Positions 45,385 to 54,637 of a DNA stretch of 64,000 nt are shown one piece after another (position 1 is the stretch's first letter; each line of letters opens with the position of its first letter). The notes beneath the pieces were generated by a model. The model saw nothing but the letters and a program-made list of their open reading frames with translations. It ran no database searches and had not been told where the DNA came from. This DNA comes from an uncultured Methanosarcinales archaeon. GTDB lineage: Archaea; Nanobdellota; Nanobdellia; Woesearchaeales; GW2011-AR9. The stretch lies in assembly GCA_964498285.1 (NCBI GenBank), contig CAZCGN010000001.1, positions 444,681 through 508,680 on the forward strand. Reading direction: 5' to 3'. The position numbers and the translations under genes are program-made.

Positions 45385-46665
45385 CTAAATCCCAAAAAAT
45401 TCTTCTTGGCCCGGTTGCACTCTTGATGCATATGGTAAAAAGTCATCAGCCCAAGCTTTAACCGGTTCAACATCCCAGATAGTTTCGCCAAGCACCCGGT
45501 TTCCAACTTCTCCTAGCGCGTTTGAGAGCATAACTTCTCCTCTTCTCACTGACGCTTCAAGGTCACCTTGTGACATAAAATCATGGAAGTGACTCCTCCA
45601 ATTATCAAGGTTTCCATCAGCAGCCACAGCAGCTTCTTTTGCCTGATCAATTGCAGTGTATACGCCGTCTGCTCTACCTATCCCCCGCTGAATCTCTTTG
45701 TTTGATGGAAGGAGTACATGCTCCCCAGTTGGAAGCCTGTGAAGTATCATCAGGCGATTTTCATCCGGAGTGCATGCAAAGTCTGCGAGGACCATTCCAT
45801 TCAGGGTCATAGCGCCTTCAATTTTCCCATCAATATTCACAAGGCCCGCATCTCTAGCAAAAAGTCTTTGATCCTCTGCAATGTCTCCAACAAACTCTTC
45901 CCACTCATCATGTTCTTCCCTATCTAGTCCCATTCTCTCTCTAGTTTCTTCTCGAGAAATGTCTTGATCACCACCTATGTCGTACTTTGTTGTAAAGTTA
46001 AGGCGGACCTCTGGAAGCATGTGTCCTGGGTTTGGAACTTCAGTTAGGCCAAGCTCTTGTAAGTATCCTTCGAGCAGTGGAAATGCATCGAGCCCATTTC
46101 TTCTTACATCTGCTCGAATTTCGTCTAGTCCTGCAACCGTTTGCTCATATGTTGCAAGGGTTTCATATTGATCTTTTCTTCCAGCAAAGCCAAATATTTT
46201 TTTAAAAGAAGATGCACCTAAGGGTAAGCCAAATCTAAAGATTGACTCTGCATCAGCAACATAAACAGAAAGATCTCCCTGTGCAATAGCTGCGTGGTAC
46301 TGCGCAACATGCTCGGGATCACTGCTTTCAGGTTTATTAACTAAATCCATCATAATAATGTCACTGGTTTGTCCACGGCGCACTAGTTCATGTACAGTTA
46401 CAATATCTCCTTCTTCGCTTAACATTCCTCTGTATGTTGTTGGAAAACCAACGTCAGCTGCCGATTCCATATATGCTGCATTTCCCATAGCAAGAATCTC
46501 TCCTTTATTTGTGATATCTGTTTGAGGCATCAATCCTTTCAGGTCACCAAATGAACTTTTTCCTCCAACTTTCCAGCCTCCAAAACCCATTAAACTTGGC
46601 TGCGCAGGAAAATAATATCTTCCTGCAGCACTCTCATCACGAATTAAATCTTTTACACTTCCCAT
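45385..46665 (-). CDS. Hypothetical enzyme with faint similarity to SAICAR synthetase (PurC); function unresolved
   Basis: 426 aa. N-terminal GSVKDLI resembles PurC GKVRDIY. A C-terminal LADFACT might correspond to the PurC DFKxEFG block. Otherwise too divergent to call. GC-rich. A 2-nt gap separates it from purN. Confidence 0.35.
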   Translation of the reverse strand: MGSVKDLIRDESAAGRYYFPAQPSLMGFGGWKVGGKSSFGDLKGLMPQTDITNKGEILAMGNAAYMESAADVGFPTTYRGMLSEEGDIVTVHELVRRGQTSDIIMMDLVNKPESSDPEHVAQYHAAIAQGDLSVYVADAESIFRFGLPLGASSFKKIFGFAGRKDQYETLATYEQTVAGLDEIRADVRRNGLDAFPLLEGYLQELGLTEVPNPGHMLPEVRLNFTTKYDIGGDQDISREETRERMGLDREEHDEWEEFVGDIAEDQRLFARDAGLVNIDGKIEGAMTLNGMVLADFACTPDENRLMILHRLPTGEHVLLPSNKEIQRGIGRADGVYTAIDQAKEAAVAADGNLDNWRSHFHDFMSQGDLEASVRRGEVMLSNALGEVGNRVLGETIWDVEPVKAWADDFLPYASRVQPGQEEFFGI

Positions 46666-46667
46666 CT

Positions 46668-47504
46668 TTATCTTCCCACCTCAAATCCTTGATATGGCAT
46701 AGGTACGCCATCAACAAGCACCCGCCTCCATTTATCATGAAATTCTTTTGCTTCACTTAACGCAACTCTTCCTTGCGCAATCATCTGCAGTGCAGTTGTA
46801 AGTGCTGGCCAATCACTGAGGGTTTTTTGCCTTCCTTGGTGTGCATCTGTTAAAACACGCAGAGGATCATCTCCACTTTGGCAAGCAAGATCTTCTTGTC
46901 TAACAGTTTCTGCAACACTAACTCTCTGACCCATTGTAATGATTTCTCCCCTATCAACGCCCTCATCTACAAAAATAACTGATGATCGGGTATGACCTAC
47001 ATCATCATTGAGCGCATCATACACTGCATCAGGTCCGACATACTTTCTTTCATTATCCCCTGTTAATATAGAAAGATCAGCAGGATGCACGTTAATGATC
47101 CTATCTTCATACGCATCTAATATGGGTGCCTGAACAAGCCGCATCCAACCGCCTAACACAAGAAGATCAATTCTACCGTGTTCTCTTTCATGCCTTTGTA
47201 ATTTGTCCAATATAGCTTCGTTGTATAGAAGACTTCTTCTTCTATACTCTGCCATTGGGCCTTCATCGCCTGCAGCCAAAGCTTCTCGCGCTTTTTTCCC
47301 ACTACCACAAAATCTATATCCATTCAAAACTTCTTGGTCTATACCTGCAAGTTCATCTAACTCTAATAATCCTGCTTTTGGTTTGTCACACACGATAAGT
47401 TTTGGTCTGATAACTCCTGCACACTCACGTAGGTTAGTTCCACTACCTGAACCAAATCCTACCCAGTGGAAATCTTTGAACGCTCCATTGTATAATTGCT
47501 TCAT
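46668..47504 (-). CDS. purN: Phosphoribosylglycinamide formyltransferase-like (PurN family)
   Basis: GSGSGTNL (versus PurN SGNGSNL). LVLGGWMRL. INVHPADL (PurN NIHPSLLP). VIFVDEGVDRGEII (versus VHFVTDELDGGPVI). C-terminal VDGVPMPYQGF (versus LDGQRLPPQGY). Confidence 0.75.
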   Translation of the reverse strand: MKQLYNGAFKDFHWVGFGSGSGTNLRECAGVIRPKLIVCDKPKAGLLELDELAGIDQEVLNGYRFCGSGKKAREALAAGDEGPMAEYRRRSLLYNEAILDKLQRHEREHGRIDLLVLGGWMRLVQAPILDAYEDRIINVHPADLSILTGDNERKYVGPDAVYDALNDDVGHTRSSVIFVDEGVDRGEIITMGQRVSVAETVRQEDLACQSGDDPLRVLTDAHQGRQKTLSDWPALTTALQMIAQGRVALSEAKEFHDKWRRVLVDGVPMPYQGFEVGR

Positions 47505-47515
47505 CTTCTTACCTG

Positions 47516-48982
47516 TTAACTTGCTTTTTTCATTCCATCAAACTCTACAACTTCACCATCATAAACGAGTCTTACTCCTGTTCTACCATCTCGTACTAAG
47601 GTTCCAACAACCTTTGCTTCATAGCCAAACTCTTCTGCAAGTTCAATTGCTCGAGCAGGATCACGTGTTGCAACAAATCCATCGTTGCCCATCGCCCAGG
47701 TCGCATACCCTGCTTGAATAGTTGAGCCTGCAGCATGTAACAAGTCAAGCTCACGCCTGTCTGGTTCAAATAATCTATCCTCAAGATCTACAAATAACCT
47801 TTCTTTGGCAAGTAACGCTGCAAGTTTCCCATCATACGCACCACCACTCATATGGTATACACTCGTTGCAACACCTTGCGCTACTGCTTCCATAAAGAAG
47901 GGGTACAAGATTTCAGATGGCGCTCCAAGATATTGCATTAAATCCCTTCCTTCTGCAGTTTCATGCCATTCTTGGCCTTCATACTCTGCCCACTCTTTTC
48001 CAAGAAGTTTAGCAGCAGCACGTCTAGCAGAAATACCATTAGACCGCGGATTAGGATTGCTAGGATTTCTCAGTGCAACAAGAACATCACCTTCCTGTGG
48101 TGCAAGTGGGTTTGCTAGTCTTTCTTCATGAAGTAAACATACTGCTGAACCACCAATGTTAAATGCAGGAGCTTGACCATCGTAACTCCGTAAACGACCA
48201 CCAACATTCTCAAACTGAAGAGCGTAGACTGCACCCAATCTTTCACCAATTTCTCGTGCTCTTTCTAGCATAACTTCTTCTGGGATGGACCCGCTGTATT
48301 CAACAACATCAGCTACAACCATAACTTTAGCTCCACTTTTTGCACTGTCATCAACAAGCATTGCAGCTGCTCCATGTAAACTAAGTTCTGGCATTCCCAT
48401 ACGTTGGTGGACCATTCCTTTTGTTCCAATTCCATCGGAATTGATTGTCACAAGCTTTCCTTCATGATCGAATGTAACGTATGTGACTCCTTCATGTTCC
48501 ACAGCGCCTAATTCTACTGCCTCACTTTTCGGTATCATGCTTATCATTGTTCCAGAAATATTTGCTCTTGTTTGCACAAGATCTCCTAAAATTGCATTCT
48601 CACCATTCAGAATTGCTACTCCATGATAATTTGATCTTGCAACCATGGCGCTTGCTATATCTTCAAGCATAGCATTATCTCCTTGAGGAGAATCAATAAC
48701 ATTGCCAAATCCGATTGGTGTTGCACCAATACGTTCTGCTTGATCAACTAACCTATCAACAAGGGATGCTGCGTGTTTCACTGGATCGCGTTCGTCAACA
48801 TCTCCCGATGCTGAGTGAACAATTACGTAATGGTCTTCTGGAATGCGCACTCCAACCTGATCATGAGTCATATCAACTAACGAAGAATTTCTCCATGTGC
48901 CGATCGTCTCTCTTTTTAGAATATCAGAGCCATCATCACCTGTTCGTATGTAATCCTCAATATAGGCATCAAGAATTCCCAT
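47516..48982 (-). CDS. AIR-synthase-related (PurM-like) protein with a roughly 100-150 aa N-terminal extension
   Basis: DGIGTK (PurM DGVGTK), GDVLVALRNPSNPNPRSNG (PurM GDVLIALGSSGPHSNG) and YHMSGGA (PurM HLTGGG). 488 aa versus about 345 for canonical PurM. Confidence 0.7.
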   Translation of the reverse strand: MGILDAYIEDYIRTGDDGSDILKRETIGTWRNSSLVDMTHDQVGVRIPEDHYVIVHSASGDVDERDPVKHAASLVDRLVDQAERIGATPIGFGNVIDSPQGDNAMLEDIASAMVARSNYHGVAILNGENAILGDLVQTRANISGTMISMIPKSEAVELGAVEHEGVTYVTFDHEGKLVTINSDGIGTKGMVHQRMGMPELSLHGAAAMLVDDSAKSGAKVMVVADVVEYSGSIPEEVMLERAREIGERLGAVYALQFENVGGRLRSYDGQAPAFNIGGSAVCLLHEERLANPLAPQEGDVLVALRNPSNPNPRSNGISARRAAAKLLGKEWAEYEGQEWHETAEGRDLMQYLGAPSEILYPFFMEAVAQGVATSVYHMSGGAYDGKLAALLAKERLFVDLEDRLFEPDRRELDLLHAAGSTIQAGYATWAMGNDGFVATRDPARAIELAEEFGYEAKVVGTLVRDGRTGVRLVYDGEVVEFDGMKKAS

Positions 48983-50521
48983 CTAGCTTACACCTACATA
49001 TGCTCTTGCTTTTGCAATATTACTTGCAGCACGTTGCGGTGCAAACCCAGTGTATTCTTCAAGTTCACCACGTAAGATTCGTTGTTTTCGATCATCTAAA
49101 GAGCCAAACACACGCGCAAACGGAGCATCTTGCATCGCAACTTCCAAAAGCCCTTGACCGAAGGTCCGTGCTGCTTTCGCCATCTCTTTTACAAAGTCAT
49201 GCCCCACTCCATATTGGGGATGTACCCATTGTTCTCCGCGCAAAATAGTTACCATAGCCTCAGTAGGACTTCTTCGAACCGGTTCAAGGTTTGCTGCCAT
49301 CCTGTCAAGATTAATTGACCAATCCCCTACAATCCTATCAAAACGCGAGAATGTTTCATATGCTTCAACTAACATTGCATGTGGCTGATAGCGCGCTGGT
49401 TTTGAGTTCCGTAAATCTCGCTGCAAGTCTGTTTGTAAGAGTTCATATAAAACTGCCATCCCCGCTTTCATGAGCGGTACTGTTCCACAAATATTTTCTA
49501 AATGAATTGGATTATTTTTTCCAGCATCTGCGCTTGAACCACCAAGTCTTGCAGCATTAGCGCGCGATGTTACTTCACCTATCGCCGAAGAGTATAACAA
49601 ACGCATATCATTTGCCAAGTCTGCTAGGACCATTACAAGGGTAGTAAGAGAATTCCCAACATCAACAAGTCTCTCTTTTTGTGTAACTTGTGTTGCAGTC
49701 TCATCAGGTAGAAGGCCAAGCCTTGCAAGAGCTTTTCTCTCAAAATCAAGTCCTTTTCCATAACCAATTACCATCTCAATTCCAGCACCGGTTCCGACAA
49801 TCCCCGAAACTTTACCACGCAGATCTCCGATTGCAATATCACATTTTTGTGCTCTTTCTGTAAGTCTTGCAGCATAACTTGCAAGAGTTGCACCAAACGG
49901 AACAGGAGAAGTATTCTGAAGATGTGTTCGTCCAACTTGCAGATATTCTAATGAATCCTCTGCCATGGCAGCTAATTTTTCAATACTTTCGTGAATTTTA
50001 GGACTGATGACCTCGTTCCATGCTCGCTGTATCATCCAAGCTCTTGCTGTATCAAGAATATCGTATGAGGTTGTTCCAGGATGCAAGAGTGCCTTAGTTT
50101 CAGCAGAAACATGCCTTCCTATTTCATCGATCACTGCAAGTTGATCATGGTGAGTAATTTGCCTTTCTATTAGAAGCATATTAAGTGGGCTTATTCTTCT
50201 AAGTGCTCTGCGAACTTCACGAACATGTCTATCCTCAGCTTGCCCAAATTCTGCGCGTGTTTGCAACAAAACATATTGGACTTGTGCACAAGCCCTAAGT
50301 TCTGCTTCATAACTTAAATGTTCTCGTAATTCCCCAGTTGTTCTTGTATATCGAGCATCATCCGGAGAAATACCTTGTAACAACTGCTTTTCACGCCACC
50401 GTTCATGCCAACGAAGCTTACCAACCAGATCTAATTCGCGATCAGCTCCTCTCCTCATAACTCGCCTTATAGCATCTCTAAGAATAGGAGGGATATCATT
50501 ACGCATACTAAAAGAATACAA
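48983..50521 (-). CDS. purB: Adenylosuccinate lyase-like (fumarate-lyase superfamily, PurB-like)
   Basis: TSYDILDTA (PurB TSSDVVDTA). Lyase signature GGSSADAGKNNP (GSSxMPxKxNP-like). 512 aa. Adjacent with no gap to the purM-like gene. Confidence 0.7.
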   Translation of the reverse strand: MYSFSMRNDIPPILRDAIRRVMRRGADRELDLVGKLRWHERWREKQLLQGISPDDARYTRTTGELREHLSYEAELRACAQVQYVLLQTRAEFGQAEDRHVREVRRALRRISPLNMLLIERQITHHDQLAVIDEIGRHVSAETKALLHPGTTSYDILDTARAWMIQRAWNEVISPKIHESIEKLAAMAEDSLEYLQVGRTHLQNTSPVPFGATLASYAARLTERAQKCDIAIGDLRGKVSGIVGTGAGIEMVIGYGKGLDFERKALARLGLLPDETATQVTQKERLVDVGNSLTTLVMVLADLANDMRLLYSSAIGEVTSRANAARLGGSSADAGKNNPIHLENICGTVPLMKAGMAVLYELLQTDLQRDLRNSKPARYQPHAMLVEAYETFSRFDRIVGDWSINLDRMAANLEPVRRSPTEAMVTILRGEQWVHPQYGVGHDFVKEMAKAARTFGQGLLEVAMQDAPFARVFGSLDDRKQRILRGELEEYTGFAPQRAASNIAKARAYVGVS

Positions 50522-50572
50522 AATACCTTTAAAACCATTTATCGCCTAAAACATAACTACTAGAAGCACTAC

Positions 50573-51319
50573 TTAATCATTATCCACGCGAGGCGCTAAG
50601 ATAAAACTAAGTGCCACCCGGTCGATCACTTTGTATTCGATTTTTAATGGGTAGTCAGTGTTAAAACTTACAGAAACCTTATCAGAAATCTTTGAGCCGT
50701 TCATCATTTTACGTAAATATTCAAGCGAGTATTTCCCTTTGAATTTATCTTCAGAATCAGTTTTAATAGAAGTATTCTCATCGTTTTTAATTTCGATGAA
50801 TGCTTTTGATAAATCTCCTTGCGCTTTGACAAGCAATTCATTCTTATCACCAAGAAGGGTCACGGATTCAGCAACAACACTCACATCTTCTACACTTTCA
50901 GTTAAAAGAGATGACGCCATCTCAACGGTAATTGGAAATGAGAGCTCGGGAACACGCTGCTCACGATCATCAAGTTCAAGTAAAGGCAGAGAAAATGAAC
51001 GTGTTGTTTTTCCTTTAAGTTGTACTGTAAGTTTACTATCTTCGGTTGTCTCTAAACTTAGAACATCATCACTCTTTACACGCCGTAAGATCTGTTTAAG
51101 GTTTGCTAAACTTACTGTTACTTCTTCTGAACCGCTTACAGAATATTCTACAAAACAACTTGAAAGAATTTTAAGGATGACCATAGCTACATTAGCAGGA
51201 TCCATTGCAACCATTTCAAGTCCGTCAGTAGTTGCTTTGAATTTTACTTCATTTACAAGTTCTGAAGCTATAGAAATGCTATCTTTGAAATGTTTAGAAT
51301 CTGCTAAGACTAGTTTCAT
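50573..51319 (-). CDS. pcn: DNA polymerase sliding clamp PCNA
   Basis: 248 aa, PCNA-like pattern throughout (MKLVLADSKHFKDSISIASELVNEV...). AT-rich host composition. Confidence 0.9.
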   Translation of the reverse strand: MKLVLADSKHFKDSISIASELVNEVKFKATTDGLEMVAMDPANVAMVILKILSSCFVEYSVSGSEEVTVSLANLKQILRRVKSDDVLSLETTEDSKLTVQLKGKTTRSFSLPLLELDDREQRVPELSFPITVEMASSLLTESVEDVSVVAESVTLLGDKNELLVKAQGDLSKAFIEIKNDENTSIKTDSEDKFKGKYSLEYLRKMMNGSKISDKVSVSFNTDYPLKIEYKVIDRVALSFILAPRVDND

Positions 51320-51459
51320 GCGTTTTTCACCCTCACAAGGGATTTTGACTAATCCTAATTTATAAGATTTGCTGTTGTTGAGTGGTTATATATAGTCTTG
51401 GGCGGATCCTAAGTGTCCTGAAAAGATAAATTTAAATATCCTTAGATTCTAACTGGCAC

Positions 51460-51825
51460 ATGGAAAATAATTTTAATCAAAGGGATTTCAAACAACTCAA
51501 AAAAGATATAAGGAGAATTCTATCTGAACAAGTGAGCTTAAAAGTTGGCAACCATGTCCGTACTAGAATGTCAAACAGGACCGGGTCAATTATATTATTC
51601 CAAGTACTTGACGGTTGGGTTAGTTCTGGGAGATTATTGGTCCTTAAGCTATCTGTGGAAAGAGCAGGCAACCGTGTAATAGTTTTGGGAGCAAATATCG
51701 AGTATCACAGTGATAATAAGCATGATAATAGGATCTTTAACAAGGCGTTTGATGGAACTCTTGCCGCTTCTCTAAAAAACATACTTCCTGTGGTTATCAC
51801 ATTCGACAGGCCATCATCTCGGTGA
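51460..51825 (+). CDS. Hypothetical protein
   Basis: 121-aa ORF with no motif recognised. Confidence 0.3.
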   Translation: MENNFNQRDFKQLKKDIRRILSEQVSLKVGNHVRTRMSNRTGSIILFQVLDGWVSSGRLLVLKLSVERAGNRVIVLGANIEYHSDNKHDNRIFNKAFDGTLAASLKNILPVVITFDRPSSR

Positions 51826-51826
51826 T

Positions 51827-53158
51827 CTACAACTTCAGCCGTTTCCCATCTTGCATTACATGTGTCTTTTTGAAACCCAATTGTGCTGCTAATTCGGCAA
51901 GCATCTTTGCTTTCTCATTTTCTGCATGAATTGGCATGATAGCTTTTGGCCTCACTAATTCAATCATATCTCTGTGATCTTCTCGCGCCCCATGACCCGA
52001 CACATGCACATCCTGAAAAATACGAACATTTTTGCGACGAAGAGCTATCTCCAACTTTTCCCGGTTTTTCTTATTTATCTCAACAGGGATAACATTACAG
52101 CTGAAAACAACAATATCGCCACTATCAAACTTATATGGCAGCTCGCCCCGCGACATTCTTGATAACACTGCGCGAGGTTCACCCTGATGGCCAGTACAGA
52201 CAATCAAGTATTTGTCTTTCCCTTCACGCTGAATTTTTTCGAGCATTTTAATGACTTTATCACGATAGCGAACAATAGTTACTTCATTACTATAATTCAC
52301 AAGATTAATTCGTTCAGCTGCTGTTACGTATTTTTCAAGCGACCTGCCGATAAACACAATTTTTCGATTTAATTTCTTCCCCATATCAACAATACTTTTT
52401 AGTCGAGCCAAATGGGAGGAAAATGTTGTCACAATCATTCCTTTACCTTTAGAATTCACGCCAAGCATCACATCTTTAAGCATTTGCCTAGCAACACTTT
52501 CGGATGGACATTTTCTATGTGCATGTGCATACAAACAATTCATGATCATTAAATCTACGCCTTCTTTTCCAATAGCTTCTAGGCGCGCATAATTCGGCTT
52601 TTTACCAACAACTGGATGGTCGTCAAGTTTGAAATCATTGACGTACATAATTTTTCCATAGGGTGTGTGCACAACAACAACTGCAGTATGAAGAATCGAA
52701 TGAGTAATATTAACAAACTCAATTGTTATTTTTTCTGTAAGTTTGTATGATGAGTTAAGATTTTGTGCGATAAGTTTGTTTGGAAGTTTCATCTTCTCAT
52801 CATGTAAGATGCTTCGCAAAATTTCTATGGTATATGGTGTTGAGATGATTGGTGCGTTTGGAAAAAGAGAAGCACAGAATGGTGCTGCACCGACATGGTC
52901 CAAATGACCATGTGATGGAACAATTGCAATCACATTCTCTTTCCAATCATTGATGAATCTGTAGTCTGGAACAGCATGAACTCTGAGAAGTTGTGTGTAA
53001 TTTTTATTAGAAACATCTTCACAGTCTTCAGAGTACCTGATATAATCCTCCATAGAAAGGCCCATATCAAGCAAGATCACTTCATCATCAACTTTAATTG
53101 CAACTGAATTTCCTTCAGTGCGAGAAAATCCACCAATTGCACATACTTCTAAACCCAT
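51827..53158 (-). CDS. beta-CASP metallo-beta-lactamase ribonuclease (RNase J / aCPSF2-like)
   Basis: AIVPSHGHLDHVGAAP (HxHxDH), with downstream His/Asp motifs and a beta-CASP region. 443 aa. Confidence 0.75.
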   Translation of the reverse strand: MGLEVCAIGGFSRTEGNSVAIKVDDEVILLDMGLSMEDYIRYSEDCEDVSNKNYTQLLRVHAVPDYRFINDWKENVIAIVPSHGHLDHVGAAPFCASLFPNAPIISTPYTIEILRSILHDEKMKLPNKLIAQNLNSSYKLTEKITIEFVNITHSILHTAVVVVHTPYGKIMYVNDFKLDDHPVVGKKPNYARLEAIGKEGVDLMIMNCLYAHAHRKCPSESVARQMLKDVMLGVNSKGKGMIVTTFSSHLARLKSIVDMGKKLNRKIVFIGRSLEKYVTAAERINLVNYSNEVTIVRYRDKVIKMLEKIQREGKDKYLIVCTGHQGEPRAVLSRMSRGELPYKFDSGDIVVFSCNVIPVEINKKNREKLEIALRRKNVRIFQDVHVSGHGAREDHRDMIELVRPKAIMPIHAENEKAKMLAELAAQLGFKKTHVMQDGKRLKL

Positions 53159-53250
53159 GAAATAAAAAGGATATTTTAGAGTATAAAAATGTGGTGGTTT
53201 GAATTATTTTAGAGAGATAATATTATATATGTGGGACTCATAAAAACATC

Positions 53251-53679
53251 ATGGGTTGGCTTTTAAAAAATAAGTATGAGAAGTTTTATGCCGAGCTTGT
53301 TGCAATATGTAAGGCAGCATTTGAATATGCCCAACTTGAAATAAAGGAAATTCCTGGGCGCAGAAGGAGACGTCGGCAGACCGAAGCAAGGTTTCATTTG
53401 ACATTTCAAGCTCATTTTGATTCGAGTTTCAATTCTTACGAGACAAAACTTCTCAAAAGACTCTTGAGAGTAGTTGATATAAGGTCAGACAATGATGTTA
53501 ATGCGGCGTATAATGATCTGATTAAAGCACGCGATCGTTATTTTGAAGAGCTCTTTGCTAAGGAAGAAGAGTTTGTTGATAAAGTCCTAGCGGCGCGGTT
53601 CGATGAGAACTCTGAGTTCAACAAAAAATTGCCCAGTGAGCTAGCAAATGCTGTTTCCCCAAAAATTCTTGAATCATAA
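53251..53679 (+). CDS. Hypothetical helical protein
   Basis: 142-aa ORF with no motif recognised. Confidence 0.35.
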   Translation: MGWLLKNKYEKFYAELVAICKAAFEYAQLEIKEIPGRRRRRRQTEARFHLTFQAHFDSSFNSYETKLLKRLLRVVDIRSDNDVNAAYNDLIKARDRYFEELFAKEEEFVDKVLAARFDENSEFNKKLPSELANAVSPKILES

Positions 53680-53684
53680 AATAT

Positions 53685-53799
53685 GTGCGCGGCAGGTTTC
53701 GAACCTGCGTAGGCACTAAGCCAATGGATTACTTAATCTGAGATTGTATTAATACTCACTTTTGAGTCCATCCCGTTTGACCACTCCGGCACGCGCACA
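53685..53799 (-). tRNA. tRNA-Leu (anticodon CAA) with a 31-nt intron at the canonical 37/38 position
   Basis: Minus-strand hand fold. Acceptor GUGCGCG/CGCGCAC. Anticodon stem AUGGA/UCCAU. Loop 5' half CUCAAA, then a 31-nt insert. Long variable arm UGGC-UUAG-GCC. T-arm GCAGG-UUCGAAA-CCUGC. Discriminator A. Confidence 0.65.
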
Positions 53800-53851
53800 T
53801 AGAAGAAAGCAGAAGCTATATGTTTTATAAATTTAATTAAAAGAAAATAAC

Positions 53852-54418
53852 CTAATTCAAACCTTTCAACTGCTTTTCAATGTCCTTAAGTTGCCCTTCA
53901 AGGTCGTCAAGTTCAGAATGTTCTTTTGGTTTAACTGGCGTATCAGGCATTTTGATTGCAGCTTTTGCAAATGCCTGAGGATTAGGAAAACTACTTTTTG
54001 CAGCAGGAGCACCTAAAGATATTCGCGGTTTAATTTCATGGTCGCTCATCGGTTTTGGCGCTTGCCTTTGAATAGCATCCAGTTTGCCTTGTGGTAAATA
54101 TACTCTTAATTTAGAATTAACTAAGGAGTTCAACTCTTTTGTATGCTCTTTAAGTTGCGAGAAGGCTTCAACTTTTTCTTCCTGAACTTTTACAAACTGC
54201 TCGTACGATTGCATAAACAAGATAACTTCTCTGAGTGCTTCAAGCAAATCACGACGAAGCGCAGTGGGCTCTCCTACTTGGACCATATAATCTGGCTCCT
54301 TTACTTTTTTTGGAGCAGGAGTTCTAGTCTTGTGCGAGGAACTTTTTTTCCTTTTACGTGTCGTTTTCTTTTTTTTACGTGCAACCATTGTATGATGTTT
54401 AATAATGCTGTGGTTCAC
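53852..54418 (-). CDS. Hypothetical coiled-coil protein with a Lys-rich N-terminus, the last of three tandem related ORFs
   Basis: N-terminal MVARKKKKTTRKRKKSSSHKTRTPAPKK, a Pro-rich linker and a helical core containing FVKVQEEKVEAF. The start could be the internal Met at about 54388. Confidence 0.4.
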   Translation of the reverse strand: MNHSIIKHHTMVARKKKKTTRKRKKSSSHKTRTPAPKKVKEPDYMVQVGEPTALRRDLLEALREVILFMQSYEQFVKVQEEKVEAFSQLKEHTKELNSLVNSKLRVYLPQGKLDAIQRQAPKPMSDHEIKPRISLGAPAAKSSFPNPQAFAKAAIKMPDTPVKPKEHSELDDLEGQLKDIEKQLKGLN

Positions 54419-54635
54419 TTAAGGTATGCTTAATGAACTCAACTTTCTTCTCAATATCAGCAAGACCATTTTGCCATTGCTCAACAAGATGATCTTCTTC
54501 ATTTTTCAGATCATTAATTCTAAGTAATGTATCTTTGGCATCTTCAAGCTTGCGATCAATAACTTGCATCAATTCAAGCACTTCTTTGTATTCTTCTACT
54601 TTGACAAAAACTGGCATCCCATTCATTTGTATCAC
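54399..54635 (-). CDS. Small hypothetical protein carrying the conserved FVKVEEYK domain, the middle of three tandem paralogs
   Basis: 78 aa: PVFVKVEEYKEVLELMQVIDRKLEDAKDTLLRINDL... It aligns with the C-terminus of the upstream 170-aa ORF. Confidence 0.4.
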   Translation of the reverse strand: MIQMNGMPVFVKVEEYKEVLELMQVIDRKLEDAKDTLLRINDLKNEEDHLVEQWQNGLADIEKKVEFIKHTLSEPQHY

Positions 54636-54637
54636 CT

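Noticed and set aside
43799-50521. Possibility that the GC-rich blocks are chimeric assembly artefacts rather than genuine insertions
   Set aside because: Not fully rejected. I have no read data, so I could not check coverage or read-pairs across 4330, 43790 and 50540. I treat the blocks as genuine because the junctions are tight, falling within normal intergenic spacings, and the host genes on each side are intact.
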